Below, in pieces: positions 38,266 to 46,580 of a stretch of DNA of 64,000 nucleotides. The position numbers and the translations under genes are program-made. Positions within the stretch are counted from its first letter, which is position 1; every line of letters starts with the position of its first letter. Origin of the DNA: Acidobacteriota bacterium (GTDB taxonomy: Bacteria; Acidobacteriota; UBA6911; RPQK01; CBDAPI01); the NCBI GenBank assembly GCA_965248635.1, contig OZ252114.1, positions 1,365,838-1,429,837 on the forward strand, written 5' to 3'. Below the pieces are notes generated by a model that saw only the letters and a list, made by a program, of their open reading frames with translations, searched no databases and was not told the origin of the DNA.

Positions 38266-38947
38266 GATGCTTGCCCCGAAGCAGACTCACACGGGTGGTG
38301 AGTCCTCGCAGGAGTTGAAACTGATTCGACAGCAACAGACGAGATTTGTGCCGGGCCGACCTCCAGCGGACGGAGGATCGGTCCAAACCAAACACTGTAG
38401 TTGCCGCACTTCCCGCACAGGGGCTGTGAGAGAGAAGAAAAAAGGCGACCTTCTTTCCCTGAAGAACCTTTTTGATTCGAAACCAGCAGTGAAACGGAAT
38501 TTTCTGAACGGTTGCTTCACAGTTTTGATTCGAAGGCGCCTCCAGATCGAGGACGATCACTCTGAAGTCTTGAGAGCGAGTCAGAATATCAGCGGTTTTT
38601 AATGAGTTTTGAACCTTGTTCAAAAGAGAATCTCCCTGGCATTGGATCCACAAAAATCGCTGCAGTTGGATGCCGGCTGTCCGGGCAAAGTGAGGATCAA
38701 AGGTGTCGAAGGTATCAATGTAAGCGACGCGGAAATGTCCGGAAGTGGTCGCTGCAAGAAGCCTAAAAAGCAAACTCGTTTTGCCACTCGAAAAAGAGCC
38801 GGTGAATTCAGAAATCGTTCCCAGGGGAAGTCCCCCCCGCAGCAATTGATCCAGTGACTCAATACCGGTTGGGAGAATGGGTTCCGGGTTCCGAGTTCCG
38901 AGTTCCGGGTTGTGGGTTTTGGGTTGTGAACGAAGGGAAGAGAGCAT
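38228..38947 (-). CDS. imuA: ImuA (RecA/SulA-like protein of the mutagenesis cassette)
   Basis: 239 aa. GIESLDQLLRGGLPLGTISEFTG...GKTSLL Walker-like RecA-fold core. AAGGTG RBS 7 nt upstream of the ATG. The N-terminus contains an in-frame heptamer repeat tract. Overlaps the imuB start. Confidence 0.75.
   Translation of the reverse strand: MLSSLRSQPKTHNPELGTRNPEPILPTGIESLDQLLRGGLPLGTISEFTGSFSSGKTSLLFRLLAATTSGHFRVAYIDTFDTFDPHFARTAGIQLQRFLWIQCQGDSLLNKVQNSLKTADILTRSQDFRVIVLDLEAPSNQNCEATVQKIPFHCWFRIKKVLQGKKVAFFLLSHSPCAGSAATTVFGLDRSSVRWRSARHKSRLLLSNQFQLLRGLTTRVSLLRGKHHGHVKIYCHLQL
38879..38930. repeat. Heptamer repeat tract (GGTTCCG/AGTTCCG/GGTTGTG) inside the imuA 5' coding region
   Basis: Seven period-7 units. 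Because 3x7=21 the frame is kept; the repeats encode NPELGTRNPEP. Confidence 0.8.
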
Positions 38948-38970
38948 TTGTTTTCACCTTTTGTTCACCT

Positions 38971-38999
38971 ATATTAAGGATTCAGGAGGCAAGTTGCAA
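38971..38999 (-). promoter_or_regulatory. Candidate sigma70-type promoter of imuA-imuB-dnaE2 (TTGCAA-N17-TAATAT)
   Basis: Read on the minus strand: TTGCAA (38994-38999), 17-nt spacer, TAATAT (38971-38976), about 24 nt upstream of the imuA ATG. Confidence 0.5.
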
Positions 39000-39007
39000 C
39001 CCGTATT

Positions 39008-39056
39008 GTTCAAAGTTCAAAGTTGCACCTTGAACCTTAAACCTGCAACCTGAAAC
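39008..39056. repeat. Heptamer direct repeats with dyad symmetry (GTTCAAA GTTCAAA GTTGCAC CTTGAAC CTTAAAC CTGCAAC CTGAAAC) upstream of the imuA promoter
   Basis: The first half (GTTCAAAGTTCAAAGTTGCA) is roughly the reverse complement of the second half (TGCAACCTGAAAC...). Candidate operator; the regulator is unknown. Confidence 0.5.
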
Positions 39057-39115
39057 GGCGCGAGTGCAACGAGTGCCAATCCGGAACCCGGAACGTGAGA
39101 TAATCACGCACTCGA

Positions 39116-40396
39116 ATGTCGGCACATCCCAAACCATCCTTCCCCCTCCGCTCAAAACTGCTGGTTCTGCTCGTTCTTATTATTGGGATCTTTATTCCTG
39201 TTCAGTTCTGGAGAGGTGTGTGGTTCGGCCGCGAGCTCACGGATGCCCAGTTCCAAAAAGTCTTTAGTGAGAACACCAAACCACGATCGATCCAGCACGC
39301 TCTTGTACAGATCGACGAACGGATTCGGAAGGGTGATCCCGAGGTCCCACGCTGGTATCCGCAGGTGGCCTCTCTCTCAGACCACCCTCTGCCCTTGATA
39401 CGGGCCGAGGCCGCCTGGGTTATGGGACAGGACAGTCGATCTGAGCTCTTTCATCAAACTCTTCTTACCTGTCTGGAAGACTCCAGCCCTCTGGTTCGTC
39501 GGAATGCAGCACTGGCGCTTGTCCGATTTCGAGACCTGGCGGCACTCGATGAACTGCGCTCCATGCTGAAGAACTGGCCGGTTCGGAGCTCCGTCGCCGG
39601 TCGAGTGGAGGTTCGCGCGGAACCGGGCCAGTGGGTACACAGTGATGTCGAACTGGCAGTCGTGCTCGGTGAAGATGGGAGCATGACCGAGATTCGCACT
39701 GAACTGCGGGGGAGGATTCTGGAAGTGACGGTAGTTCCGGATCAGGCAGTTGCCGAGGGGAAGGCTCTCATTCTTCTTTCTCCCGACCCGGAGCATGTGT
39801 GGGAGTCTTTGCGGGGCCTGTATCTCATGGGCACGAGAGCCGAACTGGAGTTAGTGGAATCCTGCGCCCGGAATCCCAGTTACACAGAGGAGCTGAGAAG
39901 ACAGGCTCGAGCGACCGCCGAGGCGATACGGGAGCGCTTCCCCGTTAAAGGAACCTGCTTACCAGGGAAGGGAGCCGAAACCGGCTTCAACCTGATCAAG
40001 ATCCACCATGTCAATCGCGTCCCAGGGGCATCCGTCCAGAAAGGTATCCTGGGGCCCCTTGCTGATGCACAGCTTACAGCCGATGCAAAGCAGCGGGTCG
40101 ACTTCAATCCGCCCCAGAGTTGGCGCTTCGGGATCGGTGACCCACACCATGCAGTTCTCCACCGGACAGTAGTCAACGCAGGCCGGAGATCCGGCACACC
40201 CTGTACAGGAGTCATTGATCACCGCGACAATGCGAGGCTTTCTCTTGCGCTGGTGGGTCTGTTTGACGGTGGTCGGATCTTTCAGTACATCAACAGGCAT
40301 CTAATCAGCTCCCGTCGTCTCCTGACCGGTGTTCTCACCGCTGCGCTGAGCGGTAGCCGCCTCGACTTCCTGGTCTCCAGCCTCTTTTTCCGGTGA
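39116..40396 (+). CDS. Membrane-anchored HEAT/PBS-lyase-like repeat protein (3' end uncertain)
   Basis: N-terminal TM helix then HEAT-like repeats (IRAEAAWVMGQ, SPLVRRNAALALVRF) up to about residue 270. The ORF stays open to 40396, antisense through the ferredoxin gene. The C-terminal 150 aa look unstructured. Confidence 0.45.
   Translation: MSAHPKPSFPLRSKLLVLLVLIIGIFIPVQFWRGVWFGRELTDAQFQKVFSENTKPRSIQHALVQIDERIRKGDPEVPRWYPQVASLSDHPLPLIRAEAAWVMGQDSRSELFHQTLLTCLEDSSPLVRRNAALALVRFRDLAALDELRSMLKNWPVRSSVAGRVEVRAEPGQWVHSDVELAVVLGEDGSMTEIRTELRGRILEVTVVPDQAVAEGKALILLSPDPEHVWESLRGLYLMGTRAELELVESCARNPSYTEELRRQARATAEAIRERFPVKGTCLPGKGAETGFNLIKIHHVNRVPGASVQKGILGPLADAQLTADAKQRVDFNPPQSWRFGIGDPHHAVLHRTVVNAGRRSGTPCTGVIDHRDNARLSLALVGLFDGGRIFQYINRHLISSRRLLTGVLTAALSGSRLDFLVSSLFFR
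39959..40300 (-). CDS. 2[4Fe-4S] ferredoxin-domain protein
   Basis: 113 aa with two complete cluster motifs (CTGCAGSPACVDYCP and CIGCKLCISKG...C). Immediately downstream of the 203-aa hypothetical gene. Confidence 0.75.
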   Translation of the reverse strand: MPVDVLKDPTTVKQTHQRKRKPRIVAVINDSCTGCAGSPACVDYCPVENCMVWVTDPEAPTLGRIEVDPLLCIGCKLCISKGPQDTFLDGCPWDAIDMVDLDQVEAGFGSLPW

Positions 40397-40912
40397 TGCT
40401 GGAGGCTGAGACGTCGGTTCCGTCCTCCGGGCCTTTGTTTCTGCTCGAGCCGCTGCCGCTGCGGCTTTTGCTTCTTTGGCTTTTTTCTGCTCTTCCTCGA
40501 AGTGACCGAGTGGATACCAGGAGACCTCATAATCAGGAAACTCGTCCTGAAAGAGTCGAGCTACAGTTTCCCGCTCCTCCTCGGGGCCGTACTCGGGGCT
40601 CGCGCCAAAGAGCGTGACCGTCGCATAGTATGGATTAACGGCCAGGCTGCCGCCCCCGCCCACGTGAAGGGTGGCCCGAGAGTCATCCAAACCGGTGTCT
40701 TCCAGACTTTGCCAGGCCCAGTTGATAATGCGCTGGTCCAGTTCTTCCCCATAGGCACGAAACTTCAGGGCACGAACCAGAACTTTCTCCTGGTCCTCCA
40801 CCGTGAGTTGGAAGACCAGATAGCGAAAATGAACTCCGCTGTTTTCGACTTCAAGACCAGGGATCTTACTCAAGTCGATTGCCATTCTTGCTCCAGCCGG
40901 GACAGTCGTCAA
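40301..40912 (-). CDS. Hypothetical protein with Lys/Ala-rich C-terminal tail. Operonic with the ferredoxin.
   Basis: 203 aa. The likely true start is MAIDLSKIPG... at about 40885. No recognizable domain. KKAKEAKAAAAAARAETKARR tail. Confidence 0.4.
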   Translation of the reverse strand: MTTVPAGARMAIDLSKIPGLEVENSGVHFRYLVFQLTVEDQEKVLVRALKFRAYGEELDQRIINWAWQSLEDTGLDDSRATLHVGGGGSLAVNPYYATVTLFGASPEYGPEEERETVARLFQDEFPDYEVSWYPLGHFEEEQKKAKEAKAAAAAARAETKARRTEPTSQPPASPEKEAGDQEVEAATAQRSGENTGQETTGAD

Positions 40913-41166
40913 AGTGCCTGGTCAACGAAGAGGCTCAACGAGATACCTGCAAGCATCAGAAGCAGGCCAATCCGGAATCCCCAGATGCTCAGGGTGGACT
41001 CTCCGGAACCCAATAGTCCGAAGATGGAGAGCAGAGCCAAGCCCAGCAGGGAAATGCTCAAACCCAACCAGATAAACGTCAACCCTTTCCTCCAAGTGTG
41101 CTTTGAAAGACGAATCGTGCCATGTGATTCGTCCTGATGCAGGCTGGCCGTCGAGCCGGGGCCCAC
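40909..41166 (-). CDS. Small hydrophobic membrane protein (hypothetical)
   Basis: 85 aa with two predicted TM helices. Weak call. Confidence 0.3.
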   Translation of the reverse strand: MGPGSTASLHQDESHGTIRLSKHTWRKGLTFIWLGLSISLLGLALLSIFGLLGSGESTLSIWGFRIGLLLMLAGISLSLFVDQAL

Positions 41167-41280
41167 TTCACCAAACCCGCACGGTGCGCAATTCTAGCCT
41201 CACCTGCTCCGGGAAACAAGAAGGATTTCAAAATGATCCCCCCCGGAATCAGGACGAAATCAGGTCTCTCAGTCTCGAGT

Positions 41281-41553
41281 TCAGGCCAGCTGATAGGTCT
41301 CCTCGGTATCGGTCTCGGGCTCTGAGGAAGCAGCTCCATTGAGCTGGGCCAGTTCTTTGTCGGTTACCTTCAAGCGGCGGGTTGTCTTCTTGTAGTAATG
41401 CGGGTGCTCGTTCTTACGTGCGTTATACACTTCAGTCCAGCACTGCTTGCATTCCTGGAGATGGTCCAGGAAATCGAGCTTCTCGTCCAAATCAAGCTCA
41501 TTGCAGAGAAAACGAACAACCGTCTGTCGATTGCAAATCTCTGTCGGAATCAT
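41281..41553 (-). CDS. Small zf-HC2-like protein (putative anti-sigma factor-type zinc finger)
   Basis: 90 aa with an HxxxCxxC motif (DHLQECKQC) preceded by a FLCNELD helix, as in the ChrR/RsrA-type anti-sigma N-domain. No sigma factor gene adjacent. Confidence 0.4.
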   Translation of the reverse strand: MIPTEICNRQTVVRFLCNELDLDEKLDFLDHLQECKQCWTEVYNARKNEHPHYYKKTTRRLKVTDKELAQLNGAASSEPETDTEETYQLA

Positions 41554-41884
41554 CTTAAGAATCTCCTATAAAGTCTTATTAATCCCCTATAAGACCGAAT
41601 CAGGCCCCCGAAAGTTTCAAAAAATGCACTTTGTTGCACACCAGACCTTGTCTCTGAGCAGGGTGTTTGGGCGGTGATAATGGTCACTTCTGCGAAGTTT
41701 TTTGCACCTTCACCCACAAGGTTACGGTTCCGGGGTTCACGCTGAGGTTACCCTCCACCGTTCTGGGCGGTTCCTTGGCTCCAGAACAAAAAGGATGAAA
41801 CATTCCACGGAGTCCAATCTCTAAGCAGACGCAAAGCAAAAAAGGTTGTGACTATCTGCTAACTCTCGGAAAGGAGAAATCAAG

Positions 41885-42406
41885 ATGAAACATGCCAGGC
41901 TCAAATCAGCATTGCTGCTTCTGTTCTTGAATGTCTTCGCTCCCGTGTCGCTGGCAGGAGGGGACAGCCAGTTTTCGGAAGTGGAACAGGCGATCTATAA
42001 GGAACTTCTCAAGTTGCCCTACTATGGAGTCTTTGACCACATCCGTTTTGAAGTGGTCGGGGACCGGATTGTGCTCAGTGGGCAGGTGACTCGTCCGACT
42101 CTGAAGAAATCAGCCGAGCGAGTTGTGAAAGGCGTCGAAACCGTCATGGAAGTAGAGAACCGGATTGAAGTGCTACCTTTGTCCGGTTTTGACGATGAGA
42201 TCCGCCTGTCTCTCTTCAGGTCCATCTACGGGCGGGGTGACTTCCTGAGATATGGAAGCGTTCATGCCCCGATCCGTATCATTGTGAGAAACGGTCACGT
42301 CACTCTCGAGGGTGCCGTGGCAACCGAACTCGAGAAAACCCTTGCCTACCATCGAGCAACCGGAGTCTTTGGTGTCTTCTCGGTGACGAATAACCTGATT
42401 ACCTGA
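41885..42406 (+). CDS. BON-domain protein (OsmY-like), secreted
   Basis: 173 aa, signal peptide, two BON-like segments (VxGxVxLxGxV). Confidence 0.7.
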   Translation: MKHARLKSALLLLFLNVFAPVSLAGGDSQFSEVEQAIYKELLKLPYYGVFDHIRFEVVGDRIVLSGQVTRPTLKKSAERVVKGVETVMEVENRIEVLPLSGFDDEIRLSLFRSIYGRGDFLRYGSVHAPIRIIVRNGHVTLEGAVATELEKTLAYHRATGVFGVFSVTNNLIT

Positions 42407-42415
42407 CCCTCAGGA

Positions 42416-42550
42416 AAGGTTCCAGCGTTCCAACGTTTCAACGTTCCAAATCGAATGGGGAGGCGCTGGGGCGGCCCGGCCCCAGCCCCTCCCACACTGA
42501 GGAATCCCAGATTCCTTGGAACCTTGGAACCTTGGGACGTTACTGGAACC
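42416..42550. repeat. Inverted heptamer/octamer arrays flanking a GC-rich palindrome between the convergent BON and TonB-receptor genes
   Basis: GGTTCCAGCGTTCCAACGTTTCAACGTTCCAAA at 42416-42448. Palindrome GGGGAGGCGCTGGGGCGGCCCGGCCCCAGCCCCTCCC at 42457-42493. GGAACCTTGGAACCTTGGGACGTTACTGGAACC at 42518-42550, overlapping the last codons of the receptor gene. Confidence 0.8.
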
Positions 42551-44534
42551 GGAAGCGGTAGCGGATCCCGAAACGGACATACAGCCCCGGGTCTGGAAAC
42601 CCCACAAAATGGTGAAACTCCCGGTCCAGCAGGTTATCGATCCGAGCGAAAAGCGTCAAATCCCGGGCAGGGTGATAACTGACCGCGAGGGCTGTGTTCG
42701 CGTACCCTCCCACCTGGTCCTGTTCGGGAACCGGGATCTGAAAATCGAAACGAGGACCAACCCAGGTGTTATCGACGTGGAGGTGAGCCCGGCGGTGAAA
42801 GCTCCAATCCAGGCGAATTCCGCCCAGCCAGCGGGGCCGATCCCGAAGAGGTTCAGCGGATCCTTCGATCTCAAAATCGAGGTAAGTCAGGTGGCCGGAG
42901 AGTCGCAGTGACTCAGTGATACGCCCCTGGGCCTGTGCCTCCACCCCCCGGGTTGTAACATGAGAGCGATTCACGAGCCGAAACAGTTCAGGACTGAAGT
43001 CGATCAGATCAGTAAAGGAATTGTGATAGTAGGAGAGAGAGACCAGGCCTTTTCCATTGGCCAGCGGTTGCTCGATTCCAACATCGAAGCCCCGGCTCTT
43101 CTCAGGACGCAGATCCGGATTCCCCACGTTGGGTTCTCCTAGGGCAAAGAAGGAGGGCAGTTTGAAACCCTCCGCCCAGCTGGCCTTGATCCGGGTCTGG
43201 TGGGGGCCCAGACGAACGCTCCCGCCCAGGCGGGGGGAAGCCTCCAGCGAAGCATCCTCGCTGTTGTCGATCCGCAGGCCGGCATCGAATTGATAACGGC
43301 CCTGCGCGTACCGCACCTCGCCTCCCCATGACCAGGTGTCTCTTTCCAACTGAAAGCCGCCCGGAAAGAGGTCGGCAATGACGGCATCCAGGGTGCCGCT
43401 TTCGTGTCGGAAGGAAACATCCAGGCCCGCCTGCCAGCCGGATCCAAACACCCAGAAGTGATCCAATTGAACCCGGGCCCTCTCGAAATCGCTATCGGAG
43501 TCGATCCCGGGCCGAGAGCTGAAGGTGGGAGGAATCTCATCCAGAATGGGAGGGGTTTCGGCCCCCTCCAGGCGGTTGTAGTAGTCAAAGTGAAATCGCT
43601 GGAACCAGCTCCCGGTGATCTCCTGAAACCAGGTCGCCCCGAAGACCGTCTCCTGGACATCGGAGCGCTGAGGTTCGCGCGAGATGGAAAATTCGGACCC
43701 TCCTCCGTTGGGAGGGAAGCCCTGGACCTGACGATCGTGGAGACGGAAATGGAAATCGAGAGCCGACTCTCCTCCCAGGCTTACCCCGCTGGCGAAGGAA
43801 AACGAGGTCCGTTCCAGATCTTCGTTCTCAACCTGCTCACCGACTTCCAGATGGGATATGTTGGCCGAGTAGTGCCAGGCCTTGAGACGACCCTGACTTC
43901 CGGCTCCAAGCTGCCAGGTATCAAAAGAGCCCCCCAGGAAGTCCACGGAGACATCGGGGGTCCCCTCTCCTTTTCGAGTAATAATGTTAATGACCCCCGC
44001 GATCCCTTCGGAGCCGTGCCGAACCGACATTGGCCCGCGCACGATCTCGATGCGATCGACTCTGTCGAGGCTGAAGGCTGTCAAGTCGAAGGACCCGCCC
44101 AGGATATTGGTCGGGTCGTTGAGCGGAATCCCGTCGATCATGACCAGAGTAAAATTGGAATCCCCCCCTCGAATCGAGACGGTGCTCAGCCCTCCCCGGC
44201 CACCCACCTGAGAAAGATAGACGAAAGGTGTGTGCTGCAAAAGCTCCACCACAGTGTCTGCCTGGCTGAATTCAATATCACTCCGCGAGATCACCGAGAC
44301 GGAGGCGGAAATCTCATCGATCGGCAGCTGCTGGGCGGATACCGTGACCACGGTAGCCTCCGGCTCGGGTACCCCGGTGGAGCCGGCGTTCTGAGCCTTC
44401 AGGCCGGCAACCAGAGTTGGTCCGATCACCAGCAGGGCAGCAGCCCACCAGAGGGGTCGGGTAGAGACCGGGACAGAGTTCAAGGCGTCGGATTCTGCTC
44501 TCAGAATTGACCATCTTAGTGAACCAGGGTTCAT
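42540..44534 (-). CDS. TonB-dependent outer-membrane receptor
   Basis: 664 aa, signal peptide, plug domain (DTVVELLQHTPFV...GGRGG..VSIRGG), C-terminal beta-barrel ending RYRFRFQ. Confidence 0.85.
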   Translation of the reverse strand: MNPGSLRWSILRAESDALNSVPVSTRPLWWAAALLVIGPTLVAGLKAQNAGSTGVPEPEATVVTVSAQQLPIDEISASVSVISRSDIEFSQADTVVELLQHTPFVYLSQVGGRGGLSTVSIRGGDSNFTLVMIDGIPLNDPTNILGGSFDLTAFSLDRVDRIEIVRGPMSVRHGSEGIAGVINIITRKGEGTPDVSVDFLGGSFDTWQLGAGSQGRLKAWHYSANISHLEVGEQVENEDLERTSFSFASGVSLGGESALDFHFRLHDRQVQGFPPNGGGSEFSISREPQRSDVQETVFGATWFQEITGSWFQRFHFDYYNRLEGAETPPILDEIPPTFSSRPGIDSDSDFERARVQLDHFWVFGSGWQAGLDVSFRHESGTLDAVIADLFPGGFQLERDTWSWGGEVRYAQGRYQFDAGLRIDNSEDASLEASPRLGGSVRLGPHQTRIKASWAEGFKLPSFFALGEPNVGNPDLRPEKSRGFDVGIEQPLANGKGLVSLSYYHNSFTDLIDFSPELFRLVNRSHVTTRGVEAQAQGRITESLRLSGHLTYLDFEIEGSAEPLRDRPRWLGGIRLDWSFHRRAHLHVDNTWVGPRFDFQIPVPEQDQVGGYANTALAVSYHPARDLTLFARIDNLLDREFHHFVGFPDPGLYVRFGIRYRFRFQ

Positions 44535-44627
44535 CGCTTCAAGTCAGTTGGGGCTCCATCATTGTGCTCCTTTTTCGACAGCTCACCGGCCCACTTTTTT
44601 TAATAATCTTTTTGAAGTTGCGAAGGA

Positions 44628-45500
44628 GTGGTGTACAAAACCAATATGCATTTGATTTCTTGTGCCCTGCTCATCGCCGTTCTGTTGCCCTGTCAACTTG
44701 CCATGGTGTTTCAACCAGTTCTTGGACAGGATACTCCAATTAAGCCCGAGGAAGCCATCACACTTTTCAACGGCAAAGATCTGAGCGGTTTCACCACCTG
44801 GCTGAGCGACGATCACCGGAAGGACCCCTCTCGAGTGTTCACCGTGGCTGATCAGATCGACGGGGTCCCCGCGATTCGCGTCAGTGGCGAGAAGTTTGGC
44901 GGGTTCGTCACCCGCGATTCGTACCGCGACTACCATCTCATTGTGGAATTCCGGTGGGGATTGACGACCTGGGGCATCCGCCAGAACCGGACTCGCGACA
45001 GCGGAGTCCTGCTCCATTGCCAGGGGCCCGACGGAAACGCCAGGGCGGATTTCAATGGTCCCTGGATGCGTTCGGTGGAAGCCCAGATTATTCAGGGAGG
45101 AGTGGGGGATATCATTCTGATCGCAGGCTACAACCGGGCGGGAGAGAAGCTGGATCCGGAACTGACCATACCGGTCTCGCGGGACCGGGATGGAGAGCCC
45201 TGTTATGACTCTGAAGCGGCACCCGAGACCTTTCGAGCTTTTGCTCGAATCAACTGGTACGGCCGCGATCCTGACTGGAAAGATGAGCTCGATTTTCGCG
45301 GTATTCAGGACGTCGAGAGCCCGGTTGGAGAGTGGACCCGTCTGGAGGTCATCTGCCGAGGAGATGAGCTTACCTACATAGTCAATGGGAGGGTCGTCAA
45401 CCGGGGTTTCCATTCCAGCCTGACGTCCGGTCGCATCCTCTTTCAGTCGGAAGGCGCAGAGATCTATTTTCGCCGCATCGAATTACACCCTGTGAACTGA
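44628..45500 (+). CDS. DUF1080 / 3-keto-disaccharide hydrolase family (LamG-like jelly-roll) protein, secreted
   Basis: 290 aa, signal peptide. Family blocks LFNGKDLSGF, YRDYHLIVEFRW, NSGVLLH, EAQIIQGG, WTRLEVICRGDELTYIVNGRVVN, GRILFQSEGAEIYFRRIEL. Confidence 0.75.
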   Translation: MVYKTNMHLISCALLIAVLLPCQLAMVFQPVLGQDTPIKPEEAITLFNGKDLSGFTTWLSDDHRKDPSRVFTVADQIDGVPAIRVSGEKFGGFVTRDSYRDYHLIVEFRWGLTTWGIRQNRTRDSGVLLHCQGPDGNARADFNGPWMRSVEAQIIQGGVGDIILIAGYNRAGEKLDPELTIPVSRDRDGEPCYDSEAAPETFRAFARINWYGRDPDWKDELDFRGIQDVESPVGEWTRLEVICRGDELTYIVNGRVVNRGFHSSLTSGRILFQSEGAEIYFRRIELHPVN

Positions 45501-45501
45501 T

Positions 45502-45556
45502 GGGCGCTCGTTCTCACTCGCGCCGGTTCCACACGTTGCACGTTCCGTGTTCCACG
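45502..45556. repeat. Composite intergenic repeat: GC-rich box GGGCGCTCGTTCTCACTCGCGCC plus GTTCCAC-type heptamers
   Basis: Box at 45502-45524, then GGTTCCACACGTTGCACGTTCCGTGTTCCACG. Located between convergent genes. Confidence 0.8.
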
Positions 45557-45564
45557 ATTTGGAA

Positions 45565-46434
45565 TCAGGAGTCGATCAGACCACGCTGGTCGAGGAACCT
45601 GGTGACGAGTTCACAGAACAGGTCCGGCTCTTCCCGGGGTAACCAGTGACCGCAGCCGGGGATTATCTCCAGTTCCGAGTCGGGGAAAAGCGGCTGGCTT
45701 CGAATCCCGTGCCAGGTTGGTATCAGACGGTCGTCGCCCCCGTGAATCAGCAGCACGGGAGCTCGAATTTGGCCCAGACGATCCTCGAAACAGGTCTTGC
45801 ACCCGCGCAGGGTGGCTTCCTGGGAGAGAAATGAGCGCCAGCCCGTTGCCAGCTGTTCATTCCTGGCCAGACATCCCCGCACTATTGCCACCAGCTGGGT
45901 CGAGGGTTCCCTGTTCAGAAAAAGGCGCAAGGCAATCCGTGCCCCGAAGTCGGAGCGCGATGCAAGCCGACCCAGGCGAATGTGAGTCGCGGGTACCCTC
46001 CCTCCCAGCCAGGTGATTGGATTCCAGGCGAGTCTGCGGAACAGGCCCAGGCTGTTGACCAGGACCAGGGCCTTGACCAGGCGTGGTTGCTCCAGGGCGC
46101 AGCCCATGGCCACCAGCCCACCCATCGAGAGGCCCACCACTGAAACCGGTCCGGCGATTTCCTTCTCGATCAGTTCACCGACACACTTGATCAGGAAACG
46201 AGCGGTACAGGGCTGGGTGAGGGGCAAGGACCGACCGAATCCGGGCAGGTCCGGGCAAATGACAGTTTGCCGGGCAGCCAGCTTATCCCTGCAGGTGTCC
46301 CAACTGAGTGCCGAATGATCGATGCCCCCTCCGTGGAGCAGCACCAGAGTGCCTGGAGAATCTCCGTGGCTCGAGTAGTAGAGTGGTTGCCCGTCTGTGA
46401 CGAAAGTGTGTTCCACTTGCGAAGGTACCTTCAT
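45565..46434 (-). CDS. Alpha/beta-fold hydrolase
   Basis: 289 aa, GLSMGG nucleophile elbow, HGGGID N-terminal block, catalytic His near the C-terminus (GCGHW). Confidence 0.75.
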   Translation of the reverse strand: MKVPSQVEHTFVTDGQPLYYSSHGDSPGTLVLLHGGGIDHSALSWDTCRDKLAARQTVICPDLPGFGRSLPLTQPCTARFLIKCVGELIEKEIAGPVSVVGLSMGGLVAMGCALEQPRLVKALVLVNSLGLFRRLAWNPITWLGGRVPATHIRLGRLASRSDFGARIALRLFLNREPSTQLVAIVRGCLARNEQLATGWRSFLSQEATLRGCKTCFEDRLGQIRAPVLLIHGGDDRLIPTWHGIRSQPLFPDSELEIIPGCGHWLPREEPDLFCELVTRFLDQRGLIDS

Positions 46435-46540
46435 CTCGGCTTAAGTACTCCCTGGTTATTTTAGTGCGCTGCACAGTACTCCTGTCGGCGTTCTTTGAGG
46501 TTGATATTGGATCTACATCGGCCCGCCAGCCGCCAGGATC

Positions 46541-46580
46541 CGTGTCTCGGAGCGTGGAACGTGAAACGTGGAACTACTCC
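46541..46580. repeat. GTGGAAC/GTGAAAC heptamer array flanked by GGAG/CTCC, downstream of cobB
   Basis: GGAGCGTGGAACGTGAAACGTGGAACTACTCC. The 23-mer is shared with 17507-17529. Confidence 0.8.

Noticed and set aside
39008-39056. Assigning the GTTCAAAGTTCAAAG array as a LexA box
   Set aside because: Its spacing (period 7) does not match the GTTC-N7-GTTC, CTGT-N8-ACAG or CGAAC-N4-GTTCG types I can recall. It is kept only as an unassigned candidate operator.
44535-44627. Possible cobalamin/other riboswitch upstream of the TonB-dependent receptor
   Set aside because: The divergent intergenic region is only 93 nt, too short for a B12 riboswitch, and no conserved riboswitch core motifs are visible.
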